NCBI GenBank assembly: GCA_951406725.2
Contig: OX597827.1
Coordinates: 23,870,001 to 23,934,000 of the forward strand
Direction: 5' to 3'
Length of the DNA: 64,000 bases
Origin: Octopus vulgaris
Lineage: Eukaryota
This document shows positions 1-14,564 of the stretch, one piece after another (the first letter of the stretch is position 1; each line of letters begins with the position of its first letter). The notes below the pieces were generated by a model. That model saw only the letters and a program-made list of their open reading frames with translations, was not told where the DNA came from and did not search any database. Both the position numbers and the translations under genes were made by a program.

Positions 1-2
1 TG

Positions 3-524
3 AAGAAGAGGGCACCGAAAGACCAATTGAATCCTTCAATGAGCAATGAACAAAAGGAATTTGAAGAAATCGAAGTAGATATGTGGCTGTCTTCTGAAGA
101 TGAAGATGGAAATAAACAGCCAAGTACTGAGGTGGAACAGGTGCAGGCCGGCACCGATTCCGTTTCAAATGCTGCTGCTGCTGCACTGCCATGCACGGCA
201 TCAAATACAGCAACAGCAGCAGATGAAACCAAAACAAGCACAGAAGATGATGAATGGAAGCCACCTTTGCCAAAAACCCCTCCTCCCGACCAGCCACCGA
301 CGCTCCTTGAAGAACCTGAGGTAATTTTCGTTGACAATAATGACGTCACTGACAAACATTTAATTGAAGCCGAGTCAACTCTACCCTCGGCAGCGGCGGC
401 AACCGTTAGCCAACAGCAACAACAGCAACACATGCCACAAACAGCCAACACAAATGACCAATCAAAACAACAGGTTGGTACCCCCCAACTCAGTGATGTT
501 ATCCCCTCCCTCGTCTCTACTTGA
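3..524 (+). CDS. 5'-truncated coding exon; acidic, Ala/Gln/Pro-rich low-complexity protein segment of unknown identity
   Basis: Frame open from window start (KKRAPKDQLNPSMSNEQKEFEE...WKPPLPKTPPPDQPP...QQQQQQ...PSLVST*), stop TGA 522-524, followed by UTR-like AT/CA-repeat sequence. Confidence 0.8.
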   Translation, partial: KKRAPKDQLNPSMSNEQKEFEEIEVDMWLSSEDEDGNKQPSTEVEQVQAGTDSVSNAAAAALPCTASNTATAADETKTSTEDDEWKPPLPKTPPPDQPPTLLEEPEVIFVDNNDVTDKHLIEAESTLPSAAAATVSQQQQQQHMPQTANTNDQSKQQVGTPQLSDVIPSLVST

Positions 525-3500
525 CCTCTGACACCATCAGCATGTCTAGTGGGCTTTTTTTTCTGTTGGCCATTTCCATTTTTCTACACCCTCGTTTTTG
601 GACTCAGCTGCCATTAGTTTGTTTTATACATACATGTCTGCATGTTTGAGTGTCTGTGTGTGTGTGTGTGTGTATATATACACACACACACACACGGACC
701 ACCATAGACTGTGGGTGAAGCATGTTGCTTTGGTTCATTTTGTTTGTTTTTTTTTTTATTTATTCTATGAACAAAACATCTTTTTATTAAAAAAAAGTTA
801 TAAAAGCATCCACTCACACTCACTAACCATGTATACACAAGCACACATGCACATATACACACACACACACAGAGTTCTTGTAGTTACTTCTGTATAATGG
901 TTTCAGCAGATTATTTGTCATTGAGACAAAAGTCTTCTGAATATTCTGGATTCCCGAATAGAACAGCATTCAGACCGTGAATACAGGCAGTGTGTGTGTA
1001 CATACATACACACACACACACATATATATACATACACACACACACACACACAGCATTGTAGAAGACTCGTTCCAAGGGCATACTGAGTGCTTATGTTTCT
1101 ACGTGAAAATAAAAGCTGCATTTAACGATATTGTTTACACTGTGTGTGTGTGTGATAAAACAGATGCCCAGATATTTTTCTTTTTAATATAAAATTATAA
1201 TTTTTTTTTTATATAAGTTAGTTAAATAAGTTCTAAATCGTCCCCCTTCCTCTCTCTTCTCTGCATGTAAATATGGTCAGATAATGTTTGGAGTGTGAAT
1301 GTTGGTGGATTAAACCGGTCAATAGAGACTGGACTGGACTGTTGGTAAAACAAATTTATGAAATGATGAAGGGGTCTATGTAAGTAGAACAGGACATAAC
1401 TGTGTATAAGGGAGAGAAAGATCAATCAGTGAATGGCAGGCAAAACTCTCTCTTAATTGCTCTTTCTATCACCCTTACTCTTTCTTCTCTTTATCTCTCA
1501 CTTCGGTCCTCTTCTATTTCCCTGCAGAGACACTTTTATCATTTAATATAAATTGTTTTTAGACAATCTAAAGTTGTTTTGAGAAATCAACTGAAAACTG
1601 AAACACCTCAGTCAGTAATGGGTGAATGCTTTGTTATAAATGTGTTATAAATGAACACCAAATAATGTCAGCGTATTGGCAGAATGAATGAAAACGGTTT
1701 GTACTAGTAATAAATGAACACCATCTAATGAATGAATAATGGTTTGTGTCATGAGTACATCTACATGTTTGTAGTTCAAATTCCTGTCAGGGTCCACAAT
1801 GCCCTGTTATGTCTTTTGGGGGTCAATAAATACCAGTCATAATCTAGGAAGAAGAGAGCTTCAATCAAAACAATTATTTATACACAAAAAATGTTTTTTT
1901 TTTCTAGTCAAAATCCTATCTAATCAAATCAATATTTTAAATGTAATCAGATGAAGGGAAATTGCTTTTCAAAAGAATTTTCCCATTTTTTTGTTTGTAT
2001 TTTCTTATTACAGACTTTTGTTTTGCATTGTTTTTGTTTTTTGTTGTTGTTAGGCATTTTTTTTTTTTTTTGCTTTATATTTTTGCTATTTTGGTCTGAT
2101 GGAATTACTCTTTTATGACTAAAACTGGAAATAAAATCTTTGGAGAGGTATTGACACACATGCAAACACACACATATACCAGTGATTAACTGGGATTAGT
2201 TCAGTCAACTCGACTGTTCCCTGTAAATAAATATGTTTTCTGTGCCTTAATCTATGGTGGGTAGTAGCGGTGGTGTTTGATATGGTAATATAATGACCAC
2301 GGTTCAAGTCAGTATTTGTCTGTATAACTGGGACTGAAACACAAAACAAAATGTTTTTGTAACAAAGAAAGTTGAAATTTTTTTAATTTTTGTTTTGTTT
2401 TTGAACAATACCTGTTTTTTTGGTGTTATATTTTAGTTGATTTAGTGTGTGTTTTATAGGTATATAAATGTATATATATATATATGTATTTAGTTATGTG
2501 TGTATCCACATATACATGTGCGTTGTAGGAATGGTCAAGAAGTACCCTTTGGAACAATGTGGAGAAATCATAATTAAGATTATTATTAAAATAACAAAAC
2601 TGTGATATCATTAAAACTGACAATATACCTTGACCCAAGAAACAAATTTTTTTTAAATATCTTAAAATTTCAACTTAATTTTCCAGAAATATGAATAAAA
2701 ATGATTACAATTTACTTTTTATTGCTTTATGAAAGATTCATGTTAACCATTCAAAACCACACAGAAGACTTTAACATTTATTGTTTGGTGTCAAAATTTT
2801 CATCACACCAACTGCAACCTGGTCACTGACATGATTCCATTGTGTCTGTGTGAAGTTAATAATCATTGTGTGTATTAATGGATGGCTGATATGTGTGTCT
2901 TCCATCCTATAACTGATTTAGTTTCAACACATGGATCCGAATCAAGTTAGTGGCTAGACAAGGACACCTCTAAAATTTTATTTCTCCTCTCATCCCAAAT
3001 ACAAATTGCTGTGAAAGTCTATTTCAATCCACCTTCACCATTTCCAGCATCTCAGTTCAGTTTTATAACTTGGAAATTTAAATTCTATCTCTCAGCTTTC
3101 CTTATCTCAACAGCCTCCTCCTCCTCTTCATACTTTACATAAGAGATGAGAGTAGACAAAAAAAATTGATTTGGACTACATCGTGGGTAGAGGTATTTTC
3201 AAGTACCAGTGATATACTGGGGGCTGGTTTGGGTTTTTTTTTTCCTTTTGTTTACATCTTGCATATCTAATCAGTTTGCTCTCTCACGCATACACACACA
3301 TACATATAATTCTCAGCCAACAAATGCCACACAGTGGAATACAGTATTTTGTCCAATGCCACCCATTGATGGATTCCATATGATTTAGTTACAAAATAAA
3401 CTTTTTCCCTTCCTTTACGTTTGTGCTTCTGCTTGTTTGTGCTGTTGTTACCATTTCTTGCTTTTCTTTTGTGTTGCATTTCTTCAATCTTTATCTGTTG

Positions 3501-4389
3501 GGAACATGTTTCCTCTTGTACAGCTCTCAGCACTTCTCCTCCTCCTCATTTCTACCAGCTTACCTTTGCTAAACAACAACAACAACCAACTGTACAGTAA
3601 AAGCACTCTCATTCCATCAAACATTGGTAGCGATAAAGGCAGCTTCTAGAACTTTCTGGAAAATTCTTGTATTAGCATTAGTCATTTCCAATACTGACAT
3701 TTCATTTTTGTTTCCTTTGTGCCTTTACCTATTGCTATGAGTATACTAATAGAAACTGCAGATTGCTGTCAGTCTATGATATGTGGCATCAACCAGATGT
3801 AGAGGTTAACAGAGCTGCCTGTTTATGCTGACAGATGGACATTAGCTCTGATTTTCTGTTTAAGTTAGATCTTGGGCTGTACAGTATATGTCTCCACCAA
3901 ATAGATATTGTATCATTCTGTATTCCTGAAAGGTGCTGCTACATGATTTTCATGAAGGTTAGAATGTCCCCTATTTTGTCTCTGTACCATATTTTCTTGG
4001 AGAACAATGTTTGAAGAAGCCAGAGTGTTGGTACAAATTTTTAAAGATATTCTTCATTTGGTTGATCTACGTCTTTTTTTTTTTCCTGTCTGTCTGGCAT
4101 TAGAGCAGTCAATGAGAATCATTTTCTTCAAGCAGGATTTATCTAAGAGAGAATGACAAGTATTGGAATTGATTCAGTCAACAGTTCCTCTCTCTTCAAA
4201 TATGCGACCATTTTTTTTTTTTTATAATTATGTCTGGGGTCGCTTATCTTAATGGTACAAAGCACTCAGCAATAATTTGAGAGGTGCAGAGTTTGATTCT
4301 TTGTAGCAGCTTGCTGGCCACTTTTCTCAAGGCAGTGCTCCAGCATGACCACACTTTAATGACTGAAACAAGTAAAAATTAAAAAGATA

Positions 4390-4890
4390 ATTCCATGTAG
4401 TTTTGGAATGTTAGGAGACTGAAATAGTTTCTTCCTGTTTAGAAATATTTGGTTTATTAGAGAAAGGAACTGGTTTACCATACATGTCCTGTCATTCATA
4501 TTGAATGGTTATTTAATTTCGTCCCATGTTGTTCCTTCTATTTTTGTTGGGTGTTTGGCTGTTATTTACTTCTTTGTATCATATACGCCAATGCCAGCTT
4601 GTAATGCCCTGCTCCTATGGTAAATACTGCTTTGTTTGAGCATAATTTCCAGTTCAACGATTCGATGCCCTAATTTCCTGTCTTCATCAGTGAATTACAA
4701 TTTGTAATTGTCATTCTCAAATCATGTTTTATATTTTATTTATTCAATACTTCCAGCTAGATTGCCAACATTCTTTGCAGTATTGCAATTGTGTCTAATA
4801 GTTTTTGGAGGCAATTCCCTTTTAATTTCTCTTCTAGTTAACCATTTATTGCATCTATCACATGGTATTACATCTACTCCCTGTTTTAGT
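4390..4890 (-). mobile_element. Possible decayed LINE ORF1 with PHD-like start
   Basis: Minus strand VIPCDRCNKW followed by stop-riddled coding-like sequence. Confidence 0.3.
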
Positions 4891-6030
4891 TAACGGTATT
4901 TCATCTGTTGCTATGTTCTGAGTTCAAATTCCGCCGAGGTCGACTTTGCCTTTTATCCTTTTGGGGTCGATTAAATAAGTACCAGTTATGCACTGGGGTC
5001 AATATAATCGACTTAATCCGTTTGTCTGTCCTTGTTTGTCCTCTCTGTGTTTAGTCCCTTGTGGGTAGTAAAGAAATAGGTTTATCTATCAACATCCATT
5101 TGTGTAGCTTCATGACAATGAAACACGGGTGTTTGATGTGAAAACTTTTAATTATTTTGATTTGCCGAGGGGTTTCTCATGCCCTCCTCCTTCAGTTTCT
5201 GCAAAGGACCACCTGTGGTTTGAACTAGTTCCATCAGTGAACAGAACCACCTGTGTGTGGGTGTCTGGTTAGTGCTGGTTTCCATCTGTGTGCCATACCT
5301 CTCCCTCAATACTAATTACACTTCTAAACTCCAATTCTCTTATACAATCTGTTACGTTAACCTCTCCACCTTTTCCTCTCTTCTGCTTTATGTCCTGAAA
5401 CCACTTCCATGTTTGTTCGTTACTGTTATTGTTGGTGTCATTCACTAATAGTGGATTGTTTTGTTTAAACCCTATTAAGTCTGGCTAAACCTGTTATAAA
5501 CACGTCTTTGTAACCTGTGCTGCTTATTGCATGTAGTTAGAAGAAGCTGTTCCAAACATTTATATGCTTCCAACGTGTCAATATATTTCCACGTGTCTTA
5601 TTATTAGTTCTTGTGCTGTGTCATGTCTTTACATAATCTGTTGCCTACCATTCTGTCCAGTACCAACTAACAAGTGTTCTCTGTCTTACTGCTTATAGCA
5701 CACACTGTGGAATCTTTGTTTTTTGTTTTGTTTTGGTTTTTATTTTTGCCTTTTTTTTCTTTGGTTTGTTGACCATTGATATTTTATTTATTTTTTACTG
5801 CATTTTTGCAAACCCATTAAGGGGTTGTGGTTGTGAACTCATCACAGATTTTTTTGTGTTGTTATTATTAATATTATTAATATTATTATCATTATTATTA
5901 TTATTATTAAGTATTTTTATTTATGTATATATTTTGACATACTGAATTATGTCTCCTAGTTATTGGTAAACATTGTTTTTTTATGTTATTGATTTTTATT
6001 CTTTTCATAGTTTGCTTTTTTTCCCTCTTG

Positions 6031-6071
<41 letters not shown>

Positions 6072-6341
6072 ATGTGTGTGTATATGTGTATGTATGTAAG
6101 GATCAATAAGTCATGTTATTCATATGTATATATTTTATTATCATTATTCATATTTATATATAATCATTACATCATGCTTTTTCTCTCTGAATGCCCCCTC
6201 TCTGCCCCCCTCTCATATATATATATATATATATATATTGTGTGTGTGTTATACTGTATATATGGTTATATACGAGTCTGAGTGTGTGTGTGCAGCTGAT
6301 TTTGTAAATCTATGTGTGGGAAATGTGAAATATATGTAATA

Positions 6342-6942
6342 TACATAATGCGGAAGCGAGATCGTGTTAGACTGATGAGAACAACAGGTAGAACAGCCAG
6401 AGGTTGATGGAGGAAAGAGGAGGTGGTGATCCTCCGTGAGGCCCAAAGTTTGAAGCATGATCTTTGAACTTTGGGCCTCACAGAGTCAATGACTAGTGAG
6501 CGAGGCCTTTAACGATATGCTGTGCTTCAGAAGATCCATCAAGCCAAATGAAATTCTAGTTTGTGGCTGATGCTGGTGTCACGTAACTGGCACCTGTGCC
6601 AGTGGCATGTGAAAAGAATCTTTTGAGTTTGGGCCTTACTGAGGTGGCAGAGCTCCTTTCAAGTGTTGAGCCCACTGGCATTATATTGTGCCTGAGAAGA
6701 AAACCCATCAAGCCGAGCAAAATCACAGTTGTGGCAGATACCAGTGTCATGCTAATGGTATTCCGTGCTGGTGGCACATAAGAGCACCCATAACACTCTG
6801 AGTGGTTGGTGTTAGGAAGGATATCCAGCCATAGAAAATTATGCCAAATCAGACTGGGACTTGGTGCAGCCTTTCAGCTTGCCAACCCTGGTCAAACTGT
6901 CCAACCCATACCAGCATGGACAACGGACACTAAATGATGAAT
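6342..6942 (+). mobile_element. RTE LINE 3' end
   Basis: GAAGCATGATCTTTGAACTTTGGGCCTCACAGAG...CCAGCATGGACAACGGACACTAAATGATG, shared with 40690-41120. Confidence 0.85.
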
Positions 6943-7274
6943 GTAAATTATGTATATACATATCTACACAAATGTGTAGATGTGGTGTGCATATATAAAT
7001 GCAGGTTAAGATATTTGTATATTTTGTTGTGTCTACTCATAAGACAATAAAGAATGAATGTTGTGAGTGTGTGCGAGCGCATATACACACACATACACAT
7101 GCATATATACACATAAAAATATCCGGAATTTCTCATGTTCTAGTTGTACACGATTTTCTAAACCGAAGACATTTGATTCCATTATTTCCCTCTCCCCCCC
7201 CCCCTCTATTTGAAACAAACTAAAATAATCATTCTTTTCCTCTGAAATAAAGTCATTAACCAAATATACAGGTG

Positions 7275-7312
<38 letters not shown>

Positions 7313-7318
7313 TCTACC

Positions 7319-8460
7319 AAGTTCAACTTTGCTTTTCATCCTTTCGGAGTCAATAAGTACCAGTTGCGTACTAGGGACAATATAATCAACTAGACCCTTC
7401 CCCACAAATTTCAGGCCCTGTGCCTCTAGTAAAAAGAATTGTTGTTGTTGTTATTAAGGTGACAAGCTTGCAAAGCCTTTTAGCACGTTGGTCGAAAATG
7501 CTTAGTGACCTTTCTTCCTGCTCTTTACACCTGAGTTCAAATCCCGCTCAGGTCAATATGCCTTTCATCTTTTTCAGGGTTGATAGAATTGAGTGTGTAG
7601 CACCAATATTATCGACTTGTCCCACTCCACTCAAATGGGTTGGCTATGTACCTAAATGAGAATGTATCGTTGTTGTTAATAGGATGTTGGAAACAAAATG
7701 CCTTGTGGTATTTGTTCCAGTTGTTCTGAGTTAAAAATCCCACTGAGCTCAGCTTCAGTTTCCCTCCTTTGGCGACCAATAAAGCACTTGTCCATTTCTG
7801 GGGTCGGTGTCTAACTCCCTCCCCTTAAAATTACTTGGCTTGTGTCTGAAGTTAAAACCACTGATCTTATTATTATTCTGGCCAAATGGTTAGCATGCCG
7901 GACAAAATGCCTGGCAGCATTTCATCCATCTTTATGTTCTGAGTTCAAATTCTGCTGAGGTCGACTTTACCTTTCATCTATTTGGGAGTTGATAAAACAA
8001 GTACCAGTCATATACTGGGGTCAATGTAATCGACTTATCCCTGCTGTTGAAATTGCTGGCCTTGTGGTGAGCTGGAAAAAAGCTTAGCAGCATTTTTTGT
8101 AGCTCTTTGCATTCTGAGCTCAAATTCCACCAAAGACAGCTTTACCTTCCATCTTTCGGGGGCTGGTAAAATAAGTACGAAGAATTTGGGGGAGTTATGT
8201 AATTGACTTTTGCTCCCCTCCAAAATTCTGGCCTTTTGCCAAGATTAAAAGGGATCTGTTGAAGGTTGCAAGCTGGCAGAATCATTAGCATGTCAGGCAA
8301 AGTATTTAACATTATTTCCTCCAGCTTTACGTTCCGAGTTCAAATTCTGTCTGAGTTGACTTTGCCTTTCATACTTTCGGGGGTCGATAAAGTAAGTACC
8401 ACTCAGCTACCCACTCCCACAAAAATCCAGGCCTCGTGCCTATAGTAGAAAAGATTATTA
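7319..8460 (+). mobile_element. Head-to-tail cluster of SINE family A copies
   Basis: Repeated GCTGGCAGAA..TTAGCA..GTTCTGAGTTCAAAT..GACTTTGCCTTTCATCCTTTCGGGGTCGATAAA..AAGTACCAG with (ATT)n tails. Other copies ~4893-5080, 10290-10700, 14330-14535, 23118-23290, 37530-37730, 39610-40025. Confidence 0.85.
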
Positions 8461-8470
8461 TTATTATTAT

Positions 8471-8826
8471 TACCTCTGCTTTAGTGAAGGCAGAGGTATT
8501 GTTTTCAGTCATGTTTGTTTGTCTGTGGACAAGATATCTCAAGAACTGCTGGATGATTTAGATGAAACTTTCAGGGGTGTTTGGCCTTGTAACTGGCATG
8601 GACTGATTAGATTTTGGAATTGATCCAGTATCAGACGAGGATTCTGGATTATTTTTCCTGTTTTTTTACTTAATTTTTGAGAACGGTCAAGTTCATTTTT
8701 AGTATTCTCATTAGTGAGAGCAGTCGAGTTTATTTCAGATATTCTCATTTTAAAAATCATCTCTTGCTAATCGTTGAGAGGATGTTGGTTGCCTTGGCAG
8801 AGGTTTGCACTCTCTGAGTGCTCTTA
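8471..8826 (+). mobile_element. Helentron/DINE-like non-autonomous element
   Basis: 5' inverted repeat TACCTCTGC...GCAGAGGTA, (GTTT/GTCT) core, 3' subterminal GGCAGAGGT followed by hairpin GCACTCtctGAGTGC. Confidence 0.75.
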
Positions 8827-11149
8827 TTATTATTATTAGGCAGAAGATTGACAGAATTGTTAGAGCTTTGTAAATAGCATTTTGCAACATTTTTTGGGCT
8901 CAGTATATTCTCATTTCAAATCTTGTCAAAATTAAGCACCAGCCAAATGCTTCAAGCAACTTGCCCTCTCCCTACAAAATTTGAGGGTTAAAAAATAATT
9001 TATGTTTATATAAGAAATATATATTGATTTTTAAGACAGGCACAAGGCCTTAAAAATTAACTAAGGTGTCATTAGTTTTAAGACCTTGATGTACTTTGAG
9101 GGATATTAAGCTGCTGACTCTAGCAGGTTGAGCAACTTTTATTGGTTTTTGTGTGATGTTTTCAATAAAAATAGAGAAATTAGTGGTTAAGGTATTTGGC
9201 TGATGGTGGTATGGTCATGGGTTCAATTCCTGGTAGGGCATTGTGTCCTTCAGCAAGACACTTGATTTCATGTTGCTTCAGTCCACTCAGCTGCCAAAAG
9301 ATGAATTTTACTTGTAATTCTATGGGCCAGCCTTATCACATTCTATACCACACCGAATTACATTAAAGGTACACGTGTTAATTCCACAAGCTGGATGTTC
9401 TGCTGATTGGATCAATTGGAACACTCATCGTAACTGATGGAGAGCCAGTATAAGAACAGCATGAACACCACAGCACAGTAATTCTATCCATCGATGTTGG
9501 ATACATTAGGATGTGAAGCTGGGATCTTGAAAGAAAATAGGGAATCCCTTTACTGCTCCCCGCCACACAACTCCAGACATAATTAGCTGTTTTATATAGC
9601 TTATTGTAATATATTTGGTGACGGTGACAGATTGATGAAGGACAGGGTATTTCCTTACCCCTGCCACAGGCATAAACTAGCAGCTGCATGTAGATTATTC
9701 TGATATTTGGTTAAGAAACAATGAGAACACCAAACTGAATGTATTCAATTTTGTCTCTCTGTTCTAACTTTAACCATTTAGCTTTCAGATTTCTCTGATT
9801 TGTTTACAATGTTTTAAAGGAATCGGGCATTAACTTGTAGCTTTGAGGTTCCAAGGATGTGGTTGTTTATTTTTAGAATGACATTGTAGGGTATGTGTGA
9901 GAGGCTGGATCTAGCCAGTTAGATCATAAAACAGAATATTTGGGCCATACATGGTTGATTAAATCATTCCAGTAAAGTTGTTGAATTGTTTAGTCCAAGA
10001 CATAGATCAAGCACTGACTTATGTTAAAAAACATCCCAACCCAGCCATGGCCATCTCATCTAATTATTGAATCTGTTGGACTCTATCATTTAACAGATTG
10101 ATTTGAGGTGGTGGTGTTTATTTGCTGCTATTTCTAGCAGGTCAAGCAACCACATAAAGGCTTTTTTGTTGTCTTGGAAACAAGAAGCAATGAAGAATTC
10201 TCCCATGTTAATAGAAATAAACACAAATCAAGGACTGCCTTCCTTATTCCCCCACCCATCCACCCTCTGTTGCTGAGGAGCAGGGTGGAGAAGTGGATTG
10301 GCAGGATCAAGTGTCAGGCAAAATGCCTTGTGGTATTTATTCCAGCTCTTATTTTTGGAGTTAAAATTCCACTGAGATCAACTTTGCCTTTCATCTTTCC
10401 AAGATAAAGTACCAGTCATGAACTGGGGTTGATATGATTAATTGTTCCTTTCCCTTAAAATATCTAACCTTGTGCTTATGTTCCAAGTTATTAGGGTTGA
10501 TGGTAGAATTGATAGAGTGCTAGACAAAAAGTTTTGAGGTCTTTAGTTACGTTCTGAGTTCAAATTCTGCTGCAGTCAGCTTTTCTTTCATCTTTCAAGG
10601 GTTAAGATAATGTATCACTTAAGTACTGGTGGGGGTCAATAAATCAGTTAAACCCCTTCCCTCAAAAAAACACAATTTGTGCCTATCTTAGAAATCATTA
10701 TTAGGGTGGAATGTAGATAAAACGGGGAGCATCAGCTATAACAGGTGTATTTGAATTGGTAGAAAATGTCTTGAGGGTGGCAGACAAATTACACCCTTTG
10801 GAAAGAAAAATCATTCTTTGAGCAAATTTAAAAAAAAAAAGACAAATAGAAAAAATATGACTACGAAACAATTAGTTATTCTCTCAAGTCCAGACAATCA
10901 TAATTCATCTGAAAATGCAATTTTGCTCAATCTAAGGAAAAGTAACAACACCACATGTGCATATGCTTGTCAAATAAAGAAAATAACAAAAATGACAACA
11001 GTTACATTTCCACACATGCTGTCATTAACCTATAAAATTTTAAACATGACTCACTTAGCCAGAACAAAAATCCACTTGGCAGAGCTGTGTAACCAACAAA
11101 GTGCTTCTTTACCAGTGACTTTCATACAAGAGAGTAGTCAAAGGAAATT

Positions 11150-11800
11150 ACCTAACTCTGCACCATTCAAACTAGAGTAGGTTTCCTGATGCCCTCAAAG
11201 AACAATTAGACTTAGTTTTGGCCATTTGTGGGGAGATATTTTCTCTATCAGTCAAGAGAAAAGTCTCAGAACTGTAAATCTAGTTTTCAAAACTGAAAAT
11301 GAAGTGAATGAGGCCAAGCTGGAACATTGGTGCCACAGTACTTGAATTGGTGAAATATGAGGATCGGAGTGAATGATATTTGCAATGAACCTGACCCTTG
11401 TCACCCTCATGGCACAGTTCAGGTAGGAGATGGGAACCAAATAAACACAAGAACAAGATGTGTCTTAATGACACCAGAAGACCCCATATGGGGAATTGAT
11501 TCCTATCATGAAGGAACTGCAATAAAACTGATACAGAAGGCTAAGATGCTATACATGTAGCAGTAAGGGTTGTTTCAGTTGGATGAACTTCAGAAGAAAA
11601 GGGGGAGCTGTGAGCAACATTGCAATGATTGGAAGAATTACCTCATCGTTGCTCCTAAAATTGGATCAAGGATCCTTCACCAGCTAGTTATATCCAATCA
11701 TGAGGAGAAGATAAGCAAGGAAGAGAAATGGCAATCTTAGCACCACAAAAAAAGATGGAAAAGAACCTTAAAAGAAAAGAATTGGCACAAAAGGAAAGGG
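11150..11800 (+). mobile_element. Probable decayed non-LTR ORF1 (gag-like) relic; similar relic ~56850-57430 (-)
   Basis: Purine-rich coding-like fragments (VNLVFKTENEV, PQYL..MRIGVND) broken by stops; family assignment is inference only. Confidence 0.3.
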
Positions 11801-11880
11801 AGCAGAATGTCTAAAATGAAATCCAATGCCACCATCTTTGTTTTTATGCTTTTTCATAAAGTTATCAAAGTGCTGATGGA

Positions 11881-12105
11881 TTAACTCTTTAGCATTTCAA
11901 TTACTCTGTCAAATGTAAGGCTTATTATGATCCCATTATTTTGGATTAATCATGCATTATTATGTAGCTTCAAGATTTTGATGACGCAACTATTTTTATA
12001 ATGACAATGTAGGGTAGGTGTAAGAGGCTGGATGTTGACAGTTTGAACATAAAACAGATAGGATATTTGGGCCGTCTATGGTCAGTTGAGATGCTAAAGG
12101 ATTAA
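11881..12105. mobile_element. TTAA-flanked (piggyBac-type) MITE; related copies ~9770-9963 and ~54943-55170
   Basis: TTAA CTCTTTAGCAT ... ATGCTAAAGGA TTAA; internal sequence shared between copies. Confidence 0.75.
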
Positions 12106-12599
12106 ATGAGTGACATGAACAGTTAGAAACAGATGAAATGTAGACTTGTGGTTGGGTAGGCTCTGATTATGTGGAATATGTGACAGCCAGATCGTCAAGA
12201 GAAATACTTTTCCTAGCAATATAAACCTGTGTATAAATTACAATGAGTATTTGGTCCTTTTCTTGTCCACTCAAAATGTTCATAAATAGTTTTTAGGACA
12301 AGAGTCTTTCAGTAGCTGGGTGATGTGCAAAGGGTTGTGAGCATATCTGCTCTGACTCTGACTCTTTAATTACTTTGTGTAATTTCAAAGAAAGAAAAGA
12401 AAAAAAAATTCTTTTACTTGTTTCACACATTGGACAGCTGCCAAACTGGGGCACCACCTTGAAGTATCAGTTTGATTGAATCAACTGCAGGTTTTTGAAA
12501 ATCTGGTACTCGTGTAAACGATAAGGTACAGGGACATAACCAAACAACTACGGGATTGGGAGGTAAATCAGGCAAAAATACACACACATTCATGTGTGT

Positions 12600-13720
12600 G
12601 TTTGCACCCAGTCCACACTCTGTAAAGTGGTTGGCATTAGGAAGGGCATCAAACTGTAGAAACCATGCCAAAATAGACAACTGGGGCTCCTGTCAAACTG
12701 CCCAACTCATGCCAGCATGGGAAACTTAAGTGGTGATGATGATGATATAGCGTGTCTTTGGAGCGTCAACTGAGACATGCTGTTTGCAGATGATTGTGGG
12801 TTTGGTAACACTTGGTGGAGCAACCGCAGCACTTCATGGAGAGTCTCTCAGCAGCCTGTCAAGACTTCAGCTTGACCGTCAATCTGAAGAATAGAAAAGT
12901 GCTGCACCAAGATGTTGAAAGCCTCTCTTAATATCATCATCAACAACTGGGAAGGGGAGATAATCCACAAATGTCCATCCCTTGGCTCTGCCATCAGCTA
13001 ACCTCTCTCTTGCGGCTGAGGTGAACAGACATGTTGGATGAACAGCTTCAACACAAGCTAAACTGACAAGGAGTGTCTTGGAGAATAGTGAACTAACAAT
13101 GCAATCCAAGGTTGCAATCTATGGAACTTGCATCATCTTCATATTTCATTATGGAGGAGAAACTTTGAGCATCTCCTCTCGACAAGAGGGTGCCTTAATG
13201 CTTTCCTTATATACAGTTTGAGACAGATTTTGGACATCAAATAGACTGTTCCACCAACAAGGAGGCCCTAGCTGGGCCATATACACGTCAGTTGGGAGGG
13301 TGCCCAAACACCTGCTGCATGGAGAACTGGCCTCTGGCCAGAGAACTCCAGGGTGATTTCATCTTTGTTTCAAAGATGTCTAAAAGAAAGACATGAAGTC
13401 TCTTTAAAAAGATTTAGAAAAGTGGAAAGACATTGCTAATGCTTACTTACTCTCACAGGAGACTGGAACTGGATGAAGGTTTAAAAAGATGAGAAAAGAG
13501 ACTGAGGTTTGTTGATATAGAAAATCAAAACCAACAGAAACAACAACACCAGGGGACAAAACTAGTGGACAAAACCTTCCAGTGCAATTGCTGTAGCTGG
13601 GACTGTCATTCACATGTTGGTCTCTACAACCACAGCAGATATTGCTTTGTCTAGAAGACCGAAGCAAGACTTCCCATGGCCAAATCAATGGTTTTGCAAG
13701 ACCAACAGATGCCTTCATAC
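12600..13720 (+). mobile_element. RTE tail (12600-12745) followed by a decayed BovB-type RTE 3' region
   Basis: Decayed peptides VLENSELTMQSKVAIYGTCII..HYGGET, LLHGELASGQR..G...CFKDV.KKDMK and terminal C..C...CHSHVGLYNH..C. Confidence 0.8.
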
Positions 13721-14564
13721 ATACATCTGTATGTATGCAGACAAAAGGTGAAAGCTAGTAGGGCTCATCCAGGATTAGGTTAAGAGTGACTATACTGTAT
13801 ATGTAGGTATATGTATCTATATAAATCTATATATACATGTCAAGTCTAATTGTGTTTATGTGTGTGTGTGTGTGTGCATATATATATATATATAATATAC
13901 ATTATGAGTTAGAGGTTGTGCAACTGTCTAAGGGATAAATGTATCCTTCCCATTAAAGAAACATACACGAAGAACCTAAAAGGACACAAAAATGTTAACC
14001 TAAAGACTTGAACTTTTCCTTTTTCTCCTTTCTATATTCCTCCGATAAACTCTAAATCATTCTGACAATGTTTGTTAAATGGAATGAGATAAATGCAAAA
14101 TTACTTTGAAATAATAAATTGAAACAGCTGTAAATGTTCTTGAACTACAATTAAACTATGACCTTTTAATACCAATGATCAATTGTTAATTGTTGCTCCA
14201 TTACTTTTTCTTATCTGTATGTATGTATATATATATATATATAACGTGACAGGTTTCTGAACAGTTTGTTTATTGAATTCACTCACATTGACTGACCTGA
14301 GACTCAACAAAATAGATCATCAGTCAAGCACTTGGGTCAATGTAATTGACTTATTCCCTTCCCCACAATTTCTAGCCTGAGTTCCAATTCTGCTGAGGTC
14401 AGTTTCGCTTTACATTGTTTTGGCGGTCAATGAAGTAAATACCAGTTGACCACTGGGATTGATGTAATCAACCAGTCACCGCTCTGCCCCTGCCCAAATT
14501 TCAGACCTAGTGCATATAGTAGAAAGGATTATTATTATTTGCCTTTTTTCTACTATTTTCCCAG

